64,000 nt of DNA, taken from NCBI RefSeq assembly GCF_028641065.1, contig NC_073396.1:8804001-8868000 (forward strand), written 5' to 3'. Below are positions 53,201 through 62,900 of this stretch, one piece after another. This stretch comes from Leucoraja erinacea (taxonomy: Eukaryota). Each line of letters opens with the position of its first letter. Position 1 is the first letter of the stretch. A program made the position numbers and the translations under genes. The notes under the pieces were generated by a model. The model had not been told where the DNA came from. It searched no databases and saw only the letters and a list, made by a program, of their open reading frames with translations.

Positions 53201-53857
53201 CCCCATACACTAACACTATCCTGCACACATCAGGGACAATGTACAATTTTTACCGAATCCAAACGACCTACAAATCTGTACATCTTTGGAGCGTGGGAGG
53301 AAACCGGAGCACCCGGGGACAACTCACGCGGTCACAGGGCACGTGCAAACTCCAAACAGACAGCACCTGTGTTCAGGATCGACCCAGGTCTCTGGCGCAG
53401 TAAGGCAGCTGCTTTACCACTGCGCCACCATGTCGCCTCAATTTCCTTCCTAATTTAATTCACAGATGGTCAATACCTTTAGTGGATCCCACATTTCCCC
53501 ATCTCCACCCCTTTCTGCTTTCCACAGAGACCGTTCCCTCCGCAACTCCCTGGTCGACTCGTCCCTTGCCACCCAAACCACCCCCTCCCCAGGTACTTTC
53601 CCCTGAAGCCGCAGGAGATGCAACAGCACCTGTCCCTTTACCTCCCCCCTCGACTCTGTCCAAGGACCCTGCAGTTTTTTCAGGTGGGGCAGAGGTTCAC
53701 TTGTACCTCCTCCAACCTCACCTACTGTATCCGCTGTTCCAGGTGTCAACCCCTATATATCCGTGAGACTGGGCACAGGCTCGGCGATCGTTTCGCTGAA
53801 CACCTATGCTCAGTCTGCCTAAACCTACCTGATCTCCCAGTTGCTCAGCACTTTAAT

Positions 53858-53906
<49 letters not shown>

Positions 53907-56900
53907 ACTGATCTTTCTGTCCTGGGCTTCCTCCATTGTCAGATGGAGGAGGCCCAGCGCAAATTGGAGGAACAGCACCTCATATTTCGCTTGGGTAACT
54001 TACTCCCCAGCAGTATGAACATTGACTTCTCCAACTTCAAGTAGCCCTTGCTTTCTCCGTCTCTCTCCATCCCCACTCCTTTCCCAGTTCTCCCACCAGT
54101 CTTACTGTCTCTGACTACATTTTATCTCTATACCGCCCACTCCCCTGATATCGGTCTGACGAAGGGTCTCGATCCGAAACGTCACCCATTCTTTCTCGCC
54201 AGAGATTACAGATTACAGATTTCCTTTATTGTCATTCAGACCGAAGTCTGAATGAAATTTCGTGCCTGCAGTCATACATACAATACAATAAAAAACAACA
54301 ATAAACACATATTAACATCCACCACAGTGAGTCCACCCACCTAGCACCTCCTCACTGTGATGGAGGCAAAAGTCTTAGGGCTGCAGTCTCTTCCCTCCTC
54401 TTCTCCCTCTGCACTGAGGCGATACCCCACCGGGCGATGTTAAAAGCAGTCCCGCGGCTCAAACACCACGGCCCGGGGTTGTCGAAGCTGCCGCCCACCA
54501 GTCCTGCTAATGCAGCTAACGTGATAATAGATGCTGCCTGTCCCGCTGAGTTACTCCAGCACTTCGATTTAAACAAGCATCTGCAGTTCTTTCCTACACG
54601 ATACTTTTAGCGTTGTCCTAATGGCTTAATATCGCAACCACTGGTGTTGCTCACCCTCCAATAACAGCCAGGGTTTCCCTACACTAATATTTCCTATCTT
54701 TCACTCCAGAAAGCCGACAAAAAGTCATTAGAATCGAAAGTGAGTCGAACGCTTCTTGACGCAACGGCACAGCAATTGAACGCAATGATGCAGGAGCTGT
54801 TAAATAAGGTGTGCGCGCAGGAGAAGGACTGGCAGAAGGTGCTGGAGAAACTTCTTTGTGACATGGATTGCAAGGTAACAATATCCAGTATTTTACAATT
54901 GTCCATGTATTTCAACGTTAATCTAAGAATCTCATAACTTCAAAAAGTTAATGGCATTTTTTATTAATAAGCTTAGAGTCATAGAGTCATGCAGCGTGGA
55001 AGCAGGCCCATCCATCAGCCCAACCTGCCCACGCCGACCAACATGCCCCATCTACACTAGTCCCACCTGCCTGCGTTCGGCCCATATCCCTCCAAACCTG
55101 TCCTATCCATGTACCTGTTGAAATGCTTCTTCAATGTTGTGATAATACCTGCCCCAACTACGTCCTCTGGCAGCTTGTTCCATACACCCACCACCCTTTG
55201 TGTAAAATAAGCCACCCCTCAGGTTCCTGTTAAATCTTTTCCCCCTTCCTTAAACTAATGTGCTCTGGCTCTCGATTCACCTATTCTGTGCAAAAGTCTC
55301 TGCGTTTACCCAATCTATTTGTCTCGTGATTTTGTACACCTCTCATCCTCCTGCGCTCCAGGGAGTAAAATCCTAGCCTGCTCAACCTCTCCTGGTAGCT
55401 CAGGCCCTCGAGCCTTGGCTTATAAAATTTTACTTTCATTGGTACAAATTATGATATTCATACTATATTTGATTACTTCAATTTAACCTTGTAACTCTCA
55501 GGTTTCCATTAAAATCTTCCCCCTCCTCACTTTAAACCTTTGTCCTCTGATTTTCGATTCCCCGACTCCGGCAAAAGTCTCTGTCCGTTTGCCGATCTAT
55601 TCTCATGATTTCATGAACTGAAATTATCAAGGTGATGATAGGAATAAGGATTTAATATGCTACAAAGTTGAACGGTAGTCAAAAGCAAGGTACGACCGAT
55701 ATTGGAAATATACAGGAAATACTCAGCAGGTCAGGCAACAGTTGTGGAGTGAGAAACGGATTCAACTTTTAAGAGTAGTGATCTTTGATCAGAATTTTGA
55801 TCAAAAAATTAGAGATGAAGTAAGAGGTTTAAAGGACACACGGGGGGGGGGGGGGGGGAAGAGCAGAGGGAACAAAAGAAAGGTCTATGGTTGGATGAAC
55901 AACAGCAAAGATCGAGTGTTAAAAACACTGATGGAGATAACTGAATGAGGGTGGCACATGATATGTGGAATAATTACCTAAAAATTAACTTTTGAGTTCT
56001 CATTGCTCGAAGTTTATTAGAGCACATAGAAGTGTTTTCTCAATATATTTTCAAGAAGTTATCCAAATAATTTCCAGCCTTAAAGAGGGGAAGATAGATC
56101 AGCTCTGACTGAATGGCGGAGTAGGCTTGATGGGCCGAATGGCCTAATTCTGCTCCTATCACATATGACCTTATGAACTCTCCGTTCATTTAATTTGCAG
56201 CTGGATCGAATGGAGTTGGATCCTCTAAAGAAACAGTTGGAGGATCGATGGAAACAGCTGAAAAAACAACTGAGAAACGGCCCGGGATTTGAGGCCGATT
56301 CTGCAGCTGGATTCAGAAAGTGAGTGACTAGAATGCAAATGGATAAGTTGTGCATCTTGGAAGTAACCTGACGAGACATTGGTATAAAGTTTCTACAGAA
56401 TCAGTCAAATCTGTTGTTGTTCCACCAAAATCACGGCAAGGAAAGGCCTCCATATTTCCGCCAAATAATTTTATTAATATGCAAGTTCCCTTAATCAATA
56501 GATGGTGCTGGGGCTATTGTTGTTCTCATTTAGAAAAACCACTTAGGTTCTGGAACTGGCAAATATCTGGAGACATTTAAGAGAGGCAGCTGAGGAAGAG
56601 TATATTAACGAGCAGCGTTAGTATTTGCAATCGTGGAAACGCAGTTAGTTTGTTACCCTGCTGATTATTATTAAGAAATGAAAATGTTTGAAGACTGACC
56701 TTAGAGCTCTGAAAAAAGTCGGAAATATCTTCTGTTTGAACCAGTATCAGCAGTTCCTTCCATCGTTCACCTGTTGCAGACCCTGACGAAGGGTCCCGAC
56801 CTGAAGCGCCACCCATCCTCATTCACAAATGAATTGAATCTTTGTATTAAAAAATCAATCAATCAGATTATATGAAACCTGACATTGAATATGTGTTTAA

Positions 56901-59900
56901 ATGTTGTATCATCCAATTTCAGGCAGTTGCTGGAGCGATTTAAGTGCCTTTCCTGTGCCAAATCCACAAGGATGATGCCCGGACCGTAAGTAAATACTTT
57001 ATGTAATATATTAGGTCAATTTCCTATTTACTGACATTATTCTTTACAAAATTGACGGGGTTTAAGAAAAGATCGGATTGCATTATATCATATTAAGGAA
57101 ATAAGTTTTGAAATAAATAAGCAGTTCTTTTGTCATGAATTAATATTTCTATACACTCTTGGAATGATATTAAGACCTAAAATGTGTGTAGTATTTTCAG
57201 AAACACTGAGGGGATGTAATGCACTTCTTTGAACTGACGTTAATTTAAGCTACAAAAGCAATGCTGCTCAACAGTGGATGGGCTCCGAAATAGGCTGGTT
57301 CGATCAAATGGTCGGCTTTTATGAGGATGATGCATCCAGTTCTCCCGAATATTTATTCTATCTTCAGTTCATACACAAGTTTATTTGCGAAAGACTTTGC
57401 TTGGGGAATCACACTTCTTAAATTTGTTACTGCTTTTTTACAATGGAAATCCCGGGGTCACTGAGTGAGGTTTGAGAACGTTTTCAAGAAAGAGTTAGAT
57501 TTACCTCTTAGAGCTGACAGAATCGAGGGATATGCAGGAAAAAGCAGGAATGGGGTAATCAGCCGATCATATTGAATGGCGATGCTGGCTCGGAGGGCCG
57601 AATGGCCTACTCCTGCACTTATTTTCTATGTGTCTTCTATTCTGGTCTATCCGTGCACTGCTGAACCAAGTACCACTCGTTGTCCATGAACTCGCCTTTA
57701 CTTATGATAAAGGAGACCATTCGGCCCATTGTGGCTATGCTGGTTTCCACCCAAGGAAATAATTCACATTTATACAACGCCTTTTCATGTGTTGCCAATC
57801 AAGTGTAGGAAAAGAAGAATACTTGGTTAAGAGCTGGAGGATCGGTGCACAGTGGCACAGCAGCAGAGTCGCTGCCTTATAGCCCCAGAGTTCCGGGTCC
57901 CAGATTTGATCCTGACCACGGGTGCTGTCTTTACGGAGTTTGTACGTACTCCCCGTGACCTGCCTGGGTTTTCTCCGAGATCTGCAGTTTCCTCCAACAC
58001 TCCGTTGTAGGTTAATTGGCTTTGTGTAAATGTAAATTGTCCCTAATGCGTGCAGATAGTGTTAATGTGCGGGGAACGCTGGTTGGTGCGGACTCGGTGG
58101 GCCGAAGGGCCTGTTTCCGCGTTGTACTTCTCATAAAAATAATCAGCTAATAATAATAAACTCAGCGGGATCAGGCAACGTCTGTGAAGGAAATCGATCA
58201 ACGACATTTTGGGTCAAGGCCTTGAGCCCCTCCAGCACTTGGTCTTCTTGCTCAAGATTCCAGCATCTGCCGTCTCTTAGAAACATAGAAAATAGGTGCA
58301 GGAGTAGGCCATTCCGCCCTTCGAGCCTGCACCGCCATTCGATATGATCATGGCTGATCATCCAACTCAGTAGCCCATCCCTGCCTTCTCTCCATACCCC
58401 CTGATCCCTTTAGCCACAAGGGCCACATCTAACTCCCTCTTAAATATGGCCAATGAACTGGCCTCAACTGGCCTCAACTACCTTTTGTGGCAGAGAATTC
58501 TTGTGAGTCCAGAGAAGAATAATCGATAAGCTTGAAATCAGTTGTGAAATTAGTTTAGCAATTTTCCATCTTTGTCTTTCAGACACCTGATCACAATAGC
58601 AGCATCAGCATTGCATCCTAGAATCCGTCCAACCACCGCACCTGAACTGGATTCTCTGAAGCAACAAAGGGGGTATGTATCATCTCCAAGAAGCTGGGTG
58701 TAAAATAGCTGTCTGGTGGCTGTTAAGATCCATGATTGAAATGGCTTTAGCCTGAAAACTGTAACGCCCAGGTTCAGGAACAGCTTCTTCCCTACAGCCA
58801 TCAGGCTATTAAACACTACAACCTCCATTAAGCTCTGAACTACAATAGACTATTATTGTTATTATTGCACTATTATTGTTGTTTGCTTTTTAATATGAAC
58901 ATATGTGTGTGCATGTATATATCAGTGTATGTGTGTGTTAGAGTTGTCAACTTTCTCACTCCCAAATAAGGGACAAAAGGTCAAAGTATGGGACAAGTTC
59001 TCGAAGGCAATTCGTTGACCGACTCGGACGTGGCTGGGTGAATGTTGAATTGGCCGGGGCGCTGGACTGCACACAAAGCCCAGCCGGCGGGCCAGCTGAG
59101 GAGTTTTGGCCTGGGCCACACGACGTCACGTGCAATGTCCAGCACCCCCATCCAACTCATGAACCGGTGATCGGTGGTGTCGGCGGTAAGCGAAGGTCCG
59201 AAGGTCGGACCGACGGAGCCACGGGCGAGGAGCTGCTGCTGCACTATGTCGGGACGGGTGAGGCGGGGCCGGACGCAGCGCTCCGACCTGACAGTCCCCT
59301 CGACCCGAATAGTAGCAGTCAAATACGGGACAAGGGCGTATGAGACAAACCAATTTCGCCCAAAATATGGGATACCCCGGTTAATACGGGACAGTTGGCA
59401 ACCCTAGTGTGTATGTATGTGTGAGTATATGATACAATACGATAGAACTTCTTCTTGCGTTTGAGTCAGCAGAAGTCCGCAGCCATCCGGTTCGACATTC
59501 GTAGGTGCCTGCCCGCATGCTCTGGGTTTAACGCCGAGCTGCGCGCTGCTGCTGTCTCTGTTTGTTGTCGTTCGCCTGACTGAGATCAGTTGACAGGGCT
59601 CACCACGGGGAGGTCGACAACATGAGCCCCATGATAGAACTTAATTTGTCCCACGAGGGAAATTGCTGCCAACAGTCGTGAAACACAAGATATATGAAAC
59701 ATGAGATTAAAGTGATGAGTGGAAAGGATTAGGGGTGTGCAAACATTGTGGGGGGAGGGGGGAAGGGAGTCGGTCTACCCCACGACCTAAGGGGGACGAG
59801 TTGTGCATGTGTACACATAATTCATGCCCCCATACATATGTGTATATGTACACACACACACTGAACTTTTTTCTCATTCATTATATTGTTTGCAAAGTAC

Positions 59901-62900
59901 TATGTTTACATATGCTGTTGTGCTGCCGCAAGTAAGAATATCATTGTTGTATCTGGGACATATGATAATAAAACCCTCTTGACGTAACTCTTGAAATATA
60001 TTCGGCCTACTTCACAGTACAGGAATTCCGAAACTGTCAGACTGTCTTTGAAATCTCATGGGACTAGCCTAGATGAGGCATGTTGGTCAGCATGGACAAG
60101 TTGGGCCGAAGGGCCTGTTTCCCATCTGTATGGCTCTATAATGTCATTATAATCTTTAGACGGTGCACATGCACCTACCCCTCTTCCTTTAAAGTCTGAA
60201 TTGCAAAGGCTGCCGAATGAGATGCAGTTTGTGATTGACAACATCTCGCATCTCACCAAGCCTTGCCGACTTGTTTCCGATGATTAACATCACTTATTCA
60301 TTGGGAGGAATGCAATGAATGGGAGAATGTACAGTTTTGGTCTCCAAATCTGAGGAAGGACATTATTGCCATAGAGGGAGTGCAGAGACGGTTCACCAGA
60401 CTGATTCCTGGAATGTCAGGACTGTCTTATGAAGAAAGACGGGATAGACTTGGTTTATACTCTCTAGAATTTAGGAGATTGAGAGGGGATCTTATAGAAA
60501 CTTACAAAATTCTTAAGGGGTTGGACAGGCTAGATGCAGGAAGATTGCTCCCGATGTTGGGGAAGTCCAGGACAAGGGGTCACAGCTTAAGGATAAGGGG
60601 GAAATCCTTTAAAACCGAGATGAGAAGAACTTTTTTCACACAGAGAGTGGTGAATCTCTGGAACTCTCTGCCACAGAGGGTAGTCGAGGCCAGTTCATTG
60701 GCTATATTTAAGAGGGAGTTAGATGTGGCCCTTGTGGCTAAGGGTATCAGAGGGTATGGGGAGAAGGCAGGTACGGGATACTGAGTTGGATGATCAGCCA
60801 CGATCATATTGAATGGCGGTGCAGGCTCGAAGGGCCGAATGGCCTACTCCGGCACCTAATTTCTATGTTTCTATGTTTCTAACCACGCATGTGCTTGAAA
60901 TATTGACATATTAAATATTAAGCAAACTGACTGTAGACCCACGCACAAAAAGCTGGCGAAACTCAGCAGCTCAGATGGCAGCTCTGGAGAAAAGGTAAAG
61001 GTGATGTTTTGGCTCGAGACCCTTCCTGTCCTTTTTCTCTGGAGATGCTGCCTGACCCGCTGAGTTGCTCCAGCATTTTTGTGTCTTAACTTCGGTTTGA
61101 ACCAGAATCTGCCGTTCCTTCCGACACACTTTGCAACTAACTGCTGTTTTTTTTCTCTTCTCGGTTTGTTTAGAAGTATGACCAATGATTACTACGAGAC
61201 CATGGGCAGAAGTTCGATTCGACCTTGTGGTGGCAGTCACACTGTCACGGGCCCGGTCAGCAGGCGGAATGGCCGTGGTATAAATTATCAAACCGTCTAC
61301 CAGTACGGTGACCCCAGCCCACCATACCGACGGGTAAATCCTCTCACTCATCGCAACAACTGTACTTGCCTTCCACAGGAACACCTAAAAATGCATTTTG
61401 CTTAATATATATTTCCTGATGCAGTGAGCAGTTATGACATTGCGTGCAGTTTTGGTCTCCTAATTTGGGGAAGGACGTACTTGCTCTTGAGGGAGTGCAG
61501 TGTAGGTTTGCCAGGTTAATTCCCTGGGTTGGCAGGACTGACATATGATGAAAGAATGGATTGACTGGGCTTAATTCACTGGGAATTAGAAGGATGAGAG
61601 GCTATCTTATAAAAACATATAAAATTCTCAAGGGATTGGACAAACTAGATGCAGGAACAATGTTCCCAGGGTTGGGGGAGTCCAGAATCAGGGGGTCACA
61701 GTTTAAGAATAAGGGGTGGGCCATTAAGGACTGAGATGAGGAAAGACCTTTTCATCCAGAGAGTTGTGAATCTGGGGAATTCTCTGCCGCAGAAGACATT
61801 GGGGCTAATGGAATCAAGGGATATAGGGAGAAAGCAGGAATGGGGTACTGATTTTGGATGATTAGCCATGATTGAACGGTGGTGCTGGATCAAAAGGCCG
61901 AATGGCCTAATCCTGCACCTATTTTTATGTTTCTATGACACCTGATCAAGTTTTTTTTGTTTTGTTTAGTTTAGAGTTAGTTTACTATTTAGCTAAATAT
62001 TAATTCTTCAGACATTTTCTTCGCTTGAATGTTCTCCTTTTAGGAAGAGGTTGAGCTTCAAGGCATTGATGGCGTAATGTACAAGGGGCGACTTGATCCC
62101 AAGCTTCCGACAATATATCAGATGCAAGATGATGAGCCATTGGGTATAAAAAAAATTCTTGGATATAATACAGTGAAGCAGCTATCTTATTAGTGATGTT
62201 AACAGTTTATTGTTTGTTATTCATTTTTCCTCAGTTTCCAATAATTAGCTAGCCCGTCAACGTGAGAGTTTTAACATTTTGACCACATATAGATGTGGGG
62301 AAAGAAAGTAGGTCCCTATTTCTGTGCAGCCTTTGGGTCCAATTTCACTTCTTCTTGGTAGTTAATGTTCAGTGAGTAGTCGGCTCCACAGAAATGGAGG
62401 ACCAAAGTTTCCTATTTTATTCAAGATTAGCTTAGTTTTAGTTTGGAGATACAGCGTTGAAACATGACAAGTGTGCGCCAACCAGCAATGCGTGTACACT
62501 GGGACTGTCCTACACACTTAGGGACAATTTACAATCTTTACCCAAGCCGATTAACCTCCAAAACCTGTATGTCTTTGGAGCGTCGGAGGAACTACCTTTC
62601 CCTCTCAACTCCATTTTCCTGCCCTGACATCCGTACTAATCAAGAATCTATCAATCGCCACCTTAAAAATATCCATTGACTTGGCCTCCATAGCCTTCTG
62701 TGACAATGAATTCCACCAATTCACCAATTTATCCTCATCTCCTCTCTAACGGACCCTACTACTTAATTCCTACTTCTAATTTTTACATTAGTATGTACGT
62801 TCTTATTTTTCTTAAAAATAGTACTGTGAGTGACAAATCTTTTGCAAAAAATAACATTTTTTACTTGGTTAAATAGAATACTGCATGAACATAATTGTCC

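Noticed and set aside
58922-59407. Cluster of 65-113 aa ORFs on both strands
   Set aside because: They lie in the GC-rich interior of a non-autonomous TIR element and show no transposase motifs.
1960-61130. Dispersed near-identical short repeats as a CRISPR-like array
   Set aside because: The DNA is eukaryotic, and the repeats are irregularly spaced, occur in both orientations and derive from retroelement termini.
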